64,000 bases of DNA, from the NCBI GenBank assembly GCA_964634875.1, contig CAZWKA010000002.1, positions 79,590 through 143,589 on the forward strand, read 5' to 3'. The stretch comes from an uncultured Gammaproteobacteria bacterium. Lineage in GTDB: Bacteria > Patescibacteriota > Patescibacteriia > Magasanikbacterales > GWA2-37-8. Each line of letters starts with the position of its first letter. The stretch's first letter is position 1. The notes beneath the pieces are model-generated. The model saw only the letters and a program-made list of their open reading frames with translations. It made no database searches and was not told the origin of the DNA. A program made the translations under genes and the position numbers. Shown here piece by piece: positions 19,105 through 28,375 of the stretch.

Positions 19105-20325
19105 ATGTCCAACTTTTTTTTACACTTCAAGTACGTACATCACATAGCCCTTAGTTTACTTTTCCTGAGTTTACTCCTTCTTGGTATCGAGGGTCTGCTG
19201 CGCCTTAAGGTCGGGACAGCACACATTGATGACATTGGATATATTAAAAAAAATGGGCTGGTTTTTCTAGAACCTAACGCCGATCGAGTGGTTACCGGTG
19301 GCAACTTTCAGCCTATCCACGTGGTAACGAACGAGGACGGATTCCCAACTCGAAACACAACACTTACGACACCAACAGGCACTATCCGTATCGCGTTTAT
19401 GGGCAACTCTTTTACAAAGGGTTTTGAAGTTGATTACACAAAAAAATTCACGAGTCGCGTCGAGCAACTCATGAACGAGGCTGGCGCCCCCAAGAGTCAA
19501 AAATATGAGGTACTCAATTTTGGTAATGGAGCCTACACTTTTGTCGAGCAATTGTTTATATATGAAACTTTTGTTAAAAAATACCAGCCCCACTATGTTT
19601 TCTTAATTACCTACCCTCCAACCGATCTGTATCGTAACGACCTTTTTAAAAATCACAAGGATTATATACTCAAGACTCCTATTGCCGCGCTGACACCAGA
19701 AAAAGTATCACTAATAAGCACCTCCACTTCTACAACACCAACTTCTACCTGGGAATTAACTCGTTTTAAACGCAGGATTTTATCGGGTATTTCAGAAAGA
19801 ATTAATCGTTTTGAAAACAACTCAAATTCTTTTATAAAAAAGATGCTTTACCCTGCAAATAATCTACTTACCCGCCTGGGTAACATCGATAACGCTACAA
19901 ATCAAAAGGATGGGCAGTTTATCGACCTGACGTTTACCTACATGGATCCTCGCTCACAAGAGGCTGAGGAAGCCATCCTTTTTTCTTCCAAGCTAGCGCT
20001 CAAACTGGGTCAGGCAGTCAAAAAGGATGGAACTCATTTTGGTTTTATAATTATCCCGAACTACTGGCAAGTAGATCCTAAATACAGCGAGAAACTTGCC
20101 GTTGAACAGCCAACCCTTGAACCGGGGCGTTGGAATCGCATGTTTAATGAAACTATTGGCAAAATTTATCCAATTTTAGATTTGTATGAGCTATGTCGAC
20201 GCTCGATTGCCGAAGACCATATACAAATGTTTATTCGAGACACCGGACATTTTACACCAACCGGCCACGAAATAGTTGCTCGTGAAATTCAATCTTTTAT
20301 TACTCAGACATTTAAAACACCTTAG
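19105..20325 (+). CDS. SGNH-hydrolase-like O-acyltransferase partner protein (AlgJ/AlgX/DltD-like)
   Basis: N-terminal TM anchor. A GNSF block (IAFMGNSFTKGFE) matches SGNH block I. 406 aa. It is immediately downstream of the MBOAT gene, the conserved two-component O-acylation arrangement. Confidence 0.5.
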   Translation: MSNFFLHFKYVHHIALSLLFLSLLLLGIEGLLRLKVGTAHIDDIGYIKKNGLVFLEPNADRVVTGGNFQPIHVVTNEDGFPTRNTTLTTPTGTIRIAFMGNSFTKGFEVDYTKKFTSRVEQLMNEAGAPKSQKYEVLNFGNGAYTFVEQLFIYETFVKKYQPHYVFLITYPPTDLYRNDLFKNHKDYILKTPIAALTPEKVSLISTSTSTTPTSTWELTRFKRRILSGISERINRFENNSNSFIKKMLYPANNLLTRLGNIDNATNQKDGQFIDLTFTYMDPRSQEAEEAILFSSKLALKLGQAVKKDGTHFGFIIIPNYWQVDPKYSEKLAVEQPTLEPGRWNRMFNETIGKIYPILDLYELCRRSIAEDHIQMFIRDTGHFTPTGHEIVAREIQSFITQTFKTP

Positions 20326-20369
20326 TATTTTTTATACTTTCCTTGTCAGCGTGACTGGTTTTTGATACG

Positions 20370-21128
20370 ATGTCGCTATCTTGTTTATCTATTTCAACTA
20401 TGGAATCTAGCCGGCCCGACATCTCCATTGTGATCCTCTGTTACCGCTCCGAAGACTTTGCACCGATTTTTATTCAGGAGGTCGAGAACAGCCTTTCCAA
20501 GACCAACCTTACGTACGAGCTCGTGTTAGTTGCTAATTTTTTTCTCAATCCAGAAAAAATTGATCGAACCGCCAAAATTGTTACGGAACTAGCCAAGGAT
20601 AACCCCAGACTCATTGTAGTGGCCAAAGAAAAACAGGGAATGATGGGGTGGGACATGAGAACAGGTCTGGATGCTGCAAACGGCAATACCATTGCCGTAA
20701 TAGATGGGGACGGACAAATGCCTCCGGAAGATATTATTAAAGTTTATCGCGCACTTAACAGCGGGCAATTTGCAGTCGCAAAAACTTATCGCGACCAACG
20801 TTTTGATGGTGCCAAACGCCGCATTATTTCAAAAGTCTACAACCTTTTGCTCAAATCATTGTTCCCTAAAGTTACAGTATGCGACGTTAATTCTAAACCA
20901 AAAATCTTTACACGTGAGGCGCTCCAGAAACTCAACCTTACCTCAGACGACTGGTTTATTGATGCCGAAATTATAATCCGTGCCAGCTATCTCAACCTAC
21001 CAATTAATGAGATCGCTACCCAGTTTCACCCCAATAAGCATCGAAAATCTTTTATTCGCCCATCAGCTATACTAGAATTTTTAAAAAACTTAGTCCGCTA
21101 TCGATTGAAGATGAGCTTTAGTAAATAA
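20370..21128 (+). CDS. GT2 glycosyltransferase, polyprenyl-phosphate sugar synthase-like (GtrB/DPM1-like)
   Basis: GT-A fold with ISIVILCY and DGDGQ (DXD) motifs. The small 252-aa size is typical of GtrB-type enzymes. Confidence 0.65.
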   Translation: MSLSCLSISTMESSRPDISIVILCYRSEDFAPIFIQEVENSLSKTNLTYELVLVANFFLNPEKIDRTAKIVTELAKDNPRLIVVAKEKQGMMGWDMRTGLDAANGNTIAVIDGDGQMPPEDIIKVYRALNSGQFAVAKTYRDQRFDGAKRRIISKVYNLLLKSLFPKVTVCDVNSKPKIFTREALQKLNLTSDDWFIDAEIIIRASYLNLPINEIATQFHPNKHRKSFIRPSAILEFLKNLVRYRLKMSFSK

Positions 21129-22899
21129 TTTGATACAAAAACAAATTATTATGAGTGTAGATTAACTTCTTATTTGCAATGAAGGAAAGATCCCATTCTG
21201 GATGGGCGGCACGATCCCAAACAATATAGTTTGTACCATATTTCTTTAAAATACTTATAATCCCCTCCGGATTATTTATTTTTTTGTACTTTTCAACTAA
21301 ATCTCCTAAAATCACCTTACGTCGCTCTAAAAGCTCGGGATCATTTATGGCTATCCGTCGCAAATAATCATAATAGTCAAAACCAGAACGATACCCCTCG
21401 ATCTGTTTGTATTGAGTTTTATAATATGATCCTTCAATTTTACCAACCATATACTTGTGTACTGATTCCTCTATATTATCTCTAAAGTTCTTATTTAAAT
21501 AATGAAAAACGAAAAAACCTTCTTCAAAGCGCTCTAAAGGCGTGTTGGTAAGAGCCGAGTCGCTATGCCAGAATAAATCATGATTAGTATAAATGGTTAT
21601 GAGATACCCGCTGTAATTATCATTTGCCAAGACAACACTTTGCTCGGGCACTGTGTTTAAAATATCAAGAATAGGCCGATACTCTTGAATATCCTGTGTC
21701 GGACCAATTGATGGCAGAAATGAACGGTACTGACCAACAGCAGTATTTAAAAAAACTACCAGTGTAACCCCAGCAAGCAGCAGCTCTCGCGCCCGCTCTT
21801 TAGCCACAAACTGCCAAAGTAAATAAAAATTAACGATAATACCAAGGGGAACGATAAAATACCAATAATAATGACCGATTTGGAGCGATTTACCTGTAAT
21901 AACCTGCTGGTTAAGCGCAACCCATCCAGTGAGAATTATCCCCAAAAGTAACCACTGGTGTTTATTTACCTTCTTGAGAATGATAAAAATAAAAAACCAG
22001 AGCGCTAAAGACACCGCTCCTATCTTACTAAAGATTGGCTGCCGAGTATGACTTGACCAATGGTAGTAGTCCGCCTGCTCTCCAGCGGGAGAAAGAAAAA
22101 ATTTACTCATGGTAAAAAGTTGGTAAGAACCCAATAGAAGCCCTACGCCTGTAATAAGAACGATATGCTTAACAAATTGCCAATCGCGCCGATATAAACA
22201 AATAAGGAATAAAATTCCGTTAAGCGCCAAGGCAAAAGTCCACGCAAAAAAATAAATATAAAATATGATTCCAAAAGTAATGGCGGCAAACAAAATAGCT
22301 ATGCGCTTTCTGGTTATGAAACTCCGGACCAAAGCGTTAAGATAAATAAAAAAGAAGAAAAAACTGGTAAACGGTATCATGGTTCGACCGTACATATTAT
22401 AGTCACTGTAAAAAAGGGTTTTATTATAGACGATATGATACCCGCCCACTATAAATAAAGCAGTCAGGGCAGAGAGTCGTCGGTCGCCTGACAATTGGTA
22501 AACTACTGCATACATGAGAATAATAATCGCCCAGACAATAAAAAAGGTGTAGATGTGTATAAGCAGTACGACATCGATATTTTGACTGATTCCGAGTATT
22601 GTAAACGGCGCTAGCAAAATTTTTTCTCCATACATGAAATAAAGATCTTCCTTGTCTTTACCCTCACGCAATAACGTATTACCCAACGGTTTTTTTTCAG
22701 CAACTTCTTTAACGCGCACCATGTAAATCTGGGCGTCCGAAGGAAAACGAGCTAGATTAATTTTTTGATACGTATCCTTGGTTGCGAGCGGAAAAATAAT
22801 TACTGGAAAAATAATCAAAAATGCCAAAAAAGCACCTGTGACACCAATAAACCAATGTTCTACAAATAAATTTTTAATACGAGCAAAAAATAGTAGCAT
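21118..22899 (-). CDS. Large polytopic membrane protein, putative GT-C-type glycosyltransferase
   Basis: 593 aa with about 12 hydrophobic helices in the N-terminal two thirds, then a roughly 200-aa soluble C-terminal domain. It is adjacent to a GtrB-like GT2. Confidence 0.4.
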   Translation of the reverse strand: MLLFFARIKNLFVEHWFIGVTGAFLAFLIIFPVIIFPLATKDTYQKINLARFPSDAQIYMVRVKEVAEKKPLGNTLLREGKDKEDLYFMYGEKILLAPFTILGISQNIDVVLLIHIYTFFIVWAIIILMYAVVYQLSGDRRLSALTALFIVGGYHIVYNKTLFYSDYNMYGRTMIPFTSFFFFFIYLNALVRSFITRKRIAILFAAITFGIIFYIYFFAWTFALALNGILFLICLYRRDWQFVKHIVLITGVGLLLGSYQLFTMSKFFLSPAGEQADYYHWSSHTRQPIFSKIGAVSLALWFFIFIILKKVNKHQWLLLGIILTGWVALNQQVITGKSLQIGHYYWYFIVPLGIIVNFYLLWQFVAKERARELLLAGVTLVVFLNTAVGQYRSFLPSIGPTQDIQEYRPILDILNTVPEQSVVLANDNYSGYLITIYTNHDLFWHSDSALTNTPLERFEEGFFVFHYLNKNFRDNIEESVHKYMVGKIEGSYYKTQYKQIEGYRSGFDYYDYLRRIAINDPELLERRKVILGDLVEKYKKINNPEGIISILKKYGTNYIVWDRAAHPEWDLSFIANKKLIYTHNNLFLYQIIY

Positions 22900-22904
22900 A
22901 TATC

Positions 22905-23585
22905 TTATTTGTCATGTTTTTGTACCAGCAGATGAAACGTATTAAAGTAGAGCGAGCGGACAAATACTTTATACACTGGGCGAAGCAGCCAGTGTAACCT
23001 CGGAAAAAGTTGTCGGAGCTTTGCTTCTCGTATATCCGCGACACTAAAACCGCATTTTTTCAGGAGCTCACACGCTCTGGTATATGTAAAATAATGCATA
23101 CCTCCGAGCGTTTGACGTCCAGCAACGCCGTCTTCTTTGCTTTTACCAAGAAGAATCAACAAACCATCAGCCCACCGACGAGGCAGCCAGTTAATGCCCC
23201 ACATATGGTAATGGTAATCATACACGCCAAATCGATTGTGAAAACTAATATACGCATATCCCCCCACTTTTAGCACACGAAACATTTCACGCAGAACTTC
23301 TGAAGGGTTTTCCACATGCTCAGTAACCTCGGAGCAATTCAAGAAGTCAAAGGAGTCGTTCTCAAACGGCAGTCTTTCAGCAACACCTTCTTGAAGATGC
23401 GCAGCGACTTTTTCTAAATGCGCTCGCTCTTGAGCCTCCCGGACATATTCTGGGTTAATTTCAATACCAAAAACATCATATCCCAGCGCTGCCATAGCAC
23501 AGACAAATTTTCCCTTGCCAGAACCGACATCTAAAACCTTTCCTGAAGGGGGAATAAATTGAGCACAATAACGGGGATGGCTCAT
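22905..23585 (-). CDS. Class I SAM-dependent methyltransferase
   Basis: Motif I VLDVGSGKG and post-I acidic residues. 226 aa. Confidence 0.7.
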   Translation of the reverse strand: MSHPRYCAQFIPPSGKVLDVGSGKGKFVCAMAALGYDVFGIEINPEYVREAQERAHLEKVAAHLQEGVAERLPFENDSFDFLNCSEVTEHVENPSEVLREMFRVLKVGGYAYISFHNRFGVYDYHYHMWGINWLPRRWADGLLILLGKSKEDGVAGRQTLGGMHYFTYTRACELLKKCGFSVADIREAKLRQLFPRLHWLLRPVYKVFVRSLYFNTFHLLVQKHDK

Positions 23586-23594
23586 AGCTATAAA

Positions 23595-24317
23595 CTAAGT
23601 ATATAGTCCTTTCCAATAATTAAGTTTCATTTCCCAAAGCTCCTTCAAAGAAGAAAAAACTGCTTGGAAAACCTTTACTCGCGAGTCGGTGTCGTGGCGC
23701 CAAGAAACTGCCATCTGTCGAATTGTAATACCATTAAGGTGGGCAATGTACAAAAGTTCTGTATCAAAACCCCAGCGATTAATCTGAGCCTTAGAAAATA
23801 TAACTTTTGCTGCCGCGCTAGAAAAGCATTTAAAACCACAGGTAAAGTCAGTTACCCCGGGAACAAGTAGGTTTGAAAGAAGAGTAAAACCTTGTCCTAA
23901 AAAAACTCGTATATGCGATTCGCTTTTCGTTATCTCTGAATCTTGTAAACGACGGCTCCCAATTACCACCTGATCTTTTGGCTTTAAAAAAGTAACTAAA
24001 TAATTAAATTCAATCAGAGGTGTCGCAAGGTCTATGTCAAAAAAAACAATCCATTTTCCTTGTGCTGCTTTCGTGCCCTGCCTAATAGCATACCCCTTAC
24101 CTTGGTTGTCGGGATAACTTACAATTTGAAACGAATAGGTGTTTTGATACTTTTTAAGCAACTCCTCGGTAGCGTCAGTTGAACCGTCATTTACAAAAAT
24201 AATCTCAATTTTTTGTTGTGCCTGACTAAAAAACCCGAAGATTTCAGCAATATTCTCATTAATTCGCTTGACTTCATTAAAGACTGGAATAACGATAGAA
24301 AACACAACTGTTTCCAT
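23595..24317 (-). CDS. GT2 glycosyltransferase (polyprenyl-phosphate sugar synthase-like)
   Basis: FSIVIPVFNE ... FVNDGSTDAT ... DIDLATP motifs of the GT-A/GT2 family. 240 aa. Confidence 0.75.
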   Translation of the reverse strand: METVVFSIVIPVFNEVKRINENIAEIFGFFSQAQQKIEIIFVNDGSTDATEELLKKYQNTYSFQIVSYPDNQGKGYAIRQGTKAAQGKWIVFFDIDLATPLIEFNYLVTFLKPKDQVVIGSRRLQDSEITKSESHIRVFLGQGFTLLSNLLVPGVTDFTCGFKCFSSAAAKVIFSKAQINRWGFDTELLYIAHLNGITIRQMAVSWRHDTDSRVKVFQAVFSSLKELWEMKLNYWKGLYT

Positions 24318-24329
24318 AAAAGTTCCTAG

Positions 24330-25055
24330 TTATTTTTTTTGATAAACCCCCATCAGGGAGACGCCGAAAGGCAGGTTTATATATGGGAGCAGAAAAACTT
24401 CTGTATTGAAAATATAATAAAAAGGAGCATTGAAGGCAGGCATTCTTTCAAAAGAATCCTTGTCCGGTAGACCCAAGTATCGAATAGCTAGGCGCATGAG
24501 TGCGACCAACGGAAAAAGGATGATATTAAAATAACTCACTTTTAGCTCATTCCAACCGCCTTCAAATAAGCCTCTCAGCATTTTTTGATTATACCGTCTT
24601 TGGTGCAGAAGATACTCATCGTGCTTTGACCATAAGAACGAAAAGGCGGGCACAAAAGCGATAAAGACACCACCCTTTTTGAGAACCCGCTGTATTTCAA
24701 CGACAGCGCCCTGATCGTCTTTAAGATGCTCGAGAACATCAAGCGCGATAACGAGATCAAAAGTAGCATCAGCAAAAGGGAGGTGGTTTGCATCACCCAA
24801 ACGCAAATCAGTAAGACCTTTTTCCTTACAAAAGGAAATAGCATGGGGAGAATTGTCAAGCGAAGTAACCGTGCCAAATTTTTCTAACGTCCGAGAGTTG
24901 AGACCGGTGCCACAACCAATATCTAAAATTTTTAGATCACCTTGTTTAAAGGGAAAAAATTTTTTGACCAGCATAACCAGTAATTTGGTTCTCACACGAA
25001 ACCACCAATGTTTTTTTTCTACTTTATAAATTACCTGATAGGCTTCTTGTTGCAT
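24330..25055 (-). CDS. Class I SAM-dependent methyltransferase
   Basis: ILDIGCGTG motif I; DVLEHL. 241 aa. Confidence 0.7.
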   Translation of the reverse strand: MQQEAYQVIYKVEKKHWWFRVRTKLLVMLVKKFFPFKQGDLKILDIGCGTGLNSRTLEKFGTVTSLDNSPHAISFCKEKGLTDLRLGDANHLPFADATFDLVIALDVLEHLKDDQGAVVEIQRVLKKGGVFIAFVPAFSFLWSKHDEYLLHQRRYNQKMLRGLFEGGWNELKVSYFNIILFPLVALMRLAIRYLGLPDKDSFERMPAFNAPFYYIFNTEVFLLPYINLPFGVSLMGVYQKK

Positions 25056-25061
25056 ATACTG

Positions 25062-26552
25062 TTACCAAAAAGTATAAAAAGCGACCTGGACTGTCATTAT
25101 CTGCAAGAACAATAACATTAGGATGGCAGAAAAGGATTGTTCGTCTTCACCTTCTAGCAAGCTACTACCAAAATGGATAAAGAAGGGTGCGATGAAAAGC
25201 CAAATTCGACCCACTTCGCCCTGAAATATACCAATAATAAGGAAAAAAAACAAGCTTATTGCTCCACAAGTAAACCACTTACTACGTCGTATAAAACTTT
25301 GGGGTAAACTCGTTACAAAAATGTACACGAGCGGTATCCCGAGATAGAAAAGAAACTCTAAAACATTCATTAAAAAATATGAGCTATACGTTATGACTGA
25401 GGCAAAATTACTCTCCACAATCTCGTTATTATGTCCATAAGCAATAAAAAAATTATGGACTATTGAATACCCACTCCCCTTCCAGAGCGCAACAAAAAAA
25501 AGCACGAACACAAAAACTGTACAAACTACCCGAATTAAAAAAATCTTTCTGGCAGGTTTTTCTGCATCGGAATAAAGGCAATAGAGCAAATATACAAAAC
25601 AGGGAGCTAACAGAGCGAACAAAAAATTAGAAAAAAATGAGTACGCTACGAAGCACCCACCCAGCAGAGCCAAGGGTAGATTATTTTTCCAACCCCAATA
25701 GCACGCCCCGAGTGACAGCCAGACCAGACCGACAAATAGCCCCTCCATTGAAGTGGCAGAAAAAAGGACCAGGCTCGGTAAAAAAATAAGAACCATCGCA
25801 ATCCTTTTTGCGCGAGCCACACCTGCCTCAGCCTTAACCAGAAAATAAGTGACTAGGGGCACAATTCCAGCCGTCATGACTAGTAAAATGGCTAAGCCAA
25901 GATTGCCCACATGAAAGAGTTCTTGCCAAAAATATAATGCTAAAGGATATCCGGGTGGATGTATTCTGACGTGGACAGGTAAAACAGGCAGCAATGAAAT
26001 AAAATCGTGTAAAAAACTAAATGTTCCCTTAATAAAGGGGAGTGCGCCAGTATACTCCCAATATGTCCTGGTAAGAGAGTCCACGATGCTCAACAACCCA
26101 TCCCTAACCCCGGCCACACTTAACGCTAGTGCAACAAAAACAAACCAAATAACAAACAAAAACATACGCTCTGAGAGCGCTTCTATCTTGGAACGAAAAT
26201 AGAAAAAAGCCGAAAAGATTCCAATGGGCAGTAGAAACCATCCAAACCCCTTAATGCGCGGCGAGGGAAGACCGTAAAAAAACCAACGATCGCCCAGATA
26301 ATCCTTATAAAAATGGTGTACACCAAGTTTAGCAAGAATAAAAACCCCAAGAATCACTACTGTGGCTAAAAATAAATGGCGCAATCTCTTATCGCTTCCA
26401 AAGGACTTCCAGTACCACATACCAAAAAATATCCAGAGTACTACGAGGCCGATGAGCCCACCTAGAATAAAAGGTATTTTATCGGACCAAGCCGGGTCAT
26501 ATCCTTGACCTGAAACTTTTTCGATTAAGCGGATGAGAAAAGCATTGTTCAT
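25062..26552 (-). CDS. Polytopic membrane protein, putative GT-C glycosyltransferase or polymerase-like
   Basis: 496 aa, mostly hydrophobic helices (about 12 or more). It lies in a glycosyltransferase cluster next to GT2, GT4 and methyltransferase genes. Confidence 0.35.
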   Translation of the reverse strand: MNNAFLIRLIEKVSGQGYDPAWSDKIPFILGGLIGLVVLWIFFGMWYWKSFGSDKRLRHLFLATVVILGVFILAKLGVHHFYKDYLGDRWFFYGLPSPRIKGFGWFLLPIGIFSAFFYFRSKIEALSERMFLFVIWFVFVALALSVAGVRDGLLSIVDSLTRTYWEYTGALPFIKGTFSFLHDFISLLPVLPVHVRIHPPGYPLALYFWQELFHVGNLGLAILLVMTAGIVPLVTYFLVKAEAGVARAKRIAMVLIFLPSLVLFSATSMEGLFVGLVWLSLGACYWGWKNNLPLALLGGCFVAYSFFSNFLFALLAPCFVYLLYCLYSDAEKPARKIFLIRVVCTVFVFVLFFVALWKGSGYSIVHNFFIAYGHNNEIVESNFASVITYSSYFLMNVLEFLFYLGIPLVYIFVTSLPQSFIRRSKWFTCGAISLFFFLIIGIFQGEVGRIWLFIAPFFIHFGSSLLEGEDEQSFSAILMLLFLQIMTVQVAFYTFW

Positions 26553-27688
26553 AGACTATTTAAAATAAATTCTTTAATCGTTCCCGCACGCATTGGCCAG
26601 GTGTGTGCCGCAAGCGTTGACTTTGCCGCTAATGCCGCGGAAGCAAGCGCAGCGGAGTACTTAGCTGGTTCCAACGTGTCTTCAATAGCCCTAGCTAAAG
26701 CCGCAGGATCATCAGGTGCGCAGAACACCACTTCTTCCACTGAGACAACTTCACGCAGGGCTGGCAGGTCGCTCGCAATAAGTGGCGTACCCGAAGCCAA
26801 GTACTCAAACAACTTCATGGGCGAAGTGTACAGGCGGCTAATTGCCAAACGTGCAGAATTGGGCAAAACTAAAAGATCAGCGGCAGCGTGCCACAGAGGT
26901 ATCCGGGCATGATCTTGCCAGCCCACAATATGTAAGTTAGATCCGGTATATTGCTTTTTAAATCGCGCGATGTCTTGGGCAGTTCCACCAACTAAGTAAA
27001 CCTGATTTTCAGAGGAAATTAGCTGAGCTGCTTGAGCCAGCACGTCAGCTCCTTTCCAGTCGTACAAATGCCCCGTATAGATAATTATTTTTAAATCCTC
27101 AGGCAAACCCAACATCGACCGACAGTCCTTTTTATCTAATTGCTTACCATAATCAGTCAGATCAATAGCATCCCGCGCGACTAAAATTTTCTTAGCCGAA
27201 ACTCCTTCTGCCACCAGCTTCGTTTTAATTCCATTACTAATGACTACTAAACCAGCAGCACGGCTCCACGCCGCCCGGTGTAACCAGGTAATTTTTTCGG
27301 GAATTGTATGGAGTTCGTAAAAAACTTTTGCCCCAGTTTTCGCCAACCACCAAGCACCTACCAGGTCACGCGTAAATACAGCAGCTGTTGTATGGGGTAA
27401 AATTAATTTTTTGGCACGAAAATAAAAACTAAACGTCTGTATCCAAAAACCAAAGGACTTAAAGACTGGCCACGCCAAACCGTCGATACAACCTATTTTG
27501 GTAATACTAAAATTGTTCTTGACTTTATAGAAATCAAAAGGTTCAGAGGTGAGGTGGTTTCTTCGGATCGGTACAACAAGTTCTACTCCTACTCCCGCTT
27601 CTGCGAGCGCCTCACAGGTCTTCATGATCTGAAGGCCGTGCGCTTTTTCGGTAGGCAGACGGATGTTGGCAAAATATATTATTTTCAT
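26549..27688 (-). CDS. GT4 (GT-B fold) glycosyltransferase
   Basis: MKIIYFANIRLPTEKAHG N-terminus and a C-terminal EX7E-like region (FEYLASGTPLIASD). 379 aa. Confidence 0.7.
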   Translation of the reverse strand: MKIIYFANIRLPTEKAHGLQIMKTCEALAEAGVGVELVVPIRRNHLTSEPFDFYKVKNNFSITKIGCIDGLAWPVFKSFGFWIQTFSFYFRAKKLILPHTTAAVFTRDLVGAWWLAKTGAKVFYELHTIPEKITWLHRAAWSRAAGLVVISNGIKTKLVAEGVSAKKILVARDAIDLTDYGKQLDKKDCRSMLGLPEDLKIIIYTGHLYDWKGADVLAQAAQLISSENQVYLVGGTAQDIARFKKQYTGSNLHIVGWQDHARIPLWHAAADLLVLPNSARLAISRLYTSPMKLFEYLASGTPLIASDLPALREVVSVEEVVFCAPDDPAALARAIEDTLEPAKYSAALASAALAAKSTLAAHTWPMRAGTIKEFILNSL

Positions 27689-27701
27689 ATTTTCAGCATA
27701 T

Positions 27702-28367
27702 TTATTTGGTGGCTGAAAAAAAATAGCCTAAAGGAAACTTGTCTTTGTTCATGTTGGGACGAATATACTTCACAAGCCTATCCCCTGCCAGGACAAGCGG
27801 GAAAATAACGATCTTCAAAAATTTCGGCACCATCTGTTCACAATGCGACCAGGCCGCAACGCAGGGGCCTGACCCAAAGGAAATAACCTTAACATCACCA
27901 AAACCTGCAGCGCCGATGATTCGCAACAAAGTCTCCTTGGTATACCGCCAATAGTCGCGAGGATCGGGATGGTAATTGACCAAAAATGGTACCACACCCA
28001 AAAGCCTTCCACCTGGTTTTAAGACCCGTCTGCTTTCAGCTATAACCTGATTGTAATTAAAAATATGCTCGAGAACATTAAACAGCAAAACACCATCAAT
28101 ACTATTCTCCTCATACGGAAGCGCATCTTTTTCAAGATCAACAGACAGTTTTTCGTCATCAATCCCAAGCGCAAAACTTAAATCCAAAAAGTGCAGGTCT
28201 GTACTTGGGGCTTTTTGTAAAAAACGATGATAGCTGGCTAGGTTATAACCACTACCGATATCGAGCACTTTTCCAAAGACGCGGTGGTTAGCACATTCTG
28301 CATTCATAAATAAACGGTAAGTATCTTTGCCGCGCCACAGTTCTTTGAGCTGGGTAAAAAAATCCAT
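27702..28367 (-). CDS. Class I SAM-dependent methyltransferase
   Basis: VLDIGSG motif I; LKPGGRLL motif. 221 aa. Confidence 0.65.
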   Translation of the reverse strand: MDFFTQLKELWRGKDTYRLFMNAECANHRVFGKVLDIGSGYNLASYHRFLQKAPSTDLHFLDLSFALGIDDEKLSVDLEKDALPYEENSIDGVLLFNVLEHIFNYNQVIAESRRVLKPGGRLLGVVPFLVNYHPDPRDYWRYTKETLLRIIGAAGFGDVKVISFGSGPCVAAWSHCEQMVPKFLKIVIFPLVLAGDRLVKYIRPNMNKDKFPLGYFFSATK

Positions 28368-28375
28368 AGAGATAA

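Noticed and set aside
17638-20325. The MBOAT/SGNH pair read as a DltB/DltD teichoic acid D-alanylation system
   Set aside because: The obligatory DltA ligase and DltC carrier protein genes are absent from the window. Polysaccharide O-acetylation is the more economical reading.
76-20692. Numerous 60-180-aa ORFs nested inside or antisense to the long CDSs (for example 76-387, 9307-9720, 11283-11735, 16441-16983)
   Set aside because: They are shadow ORFs with biased, low-complexity products. They are fully contained in well-supported genes and have no independent signals.
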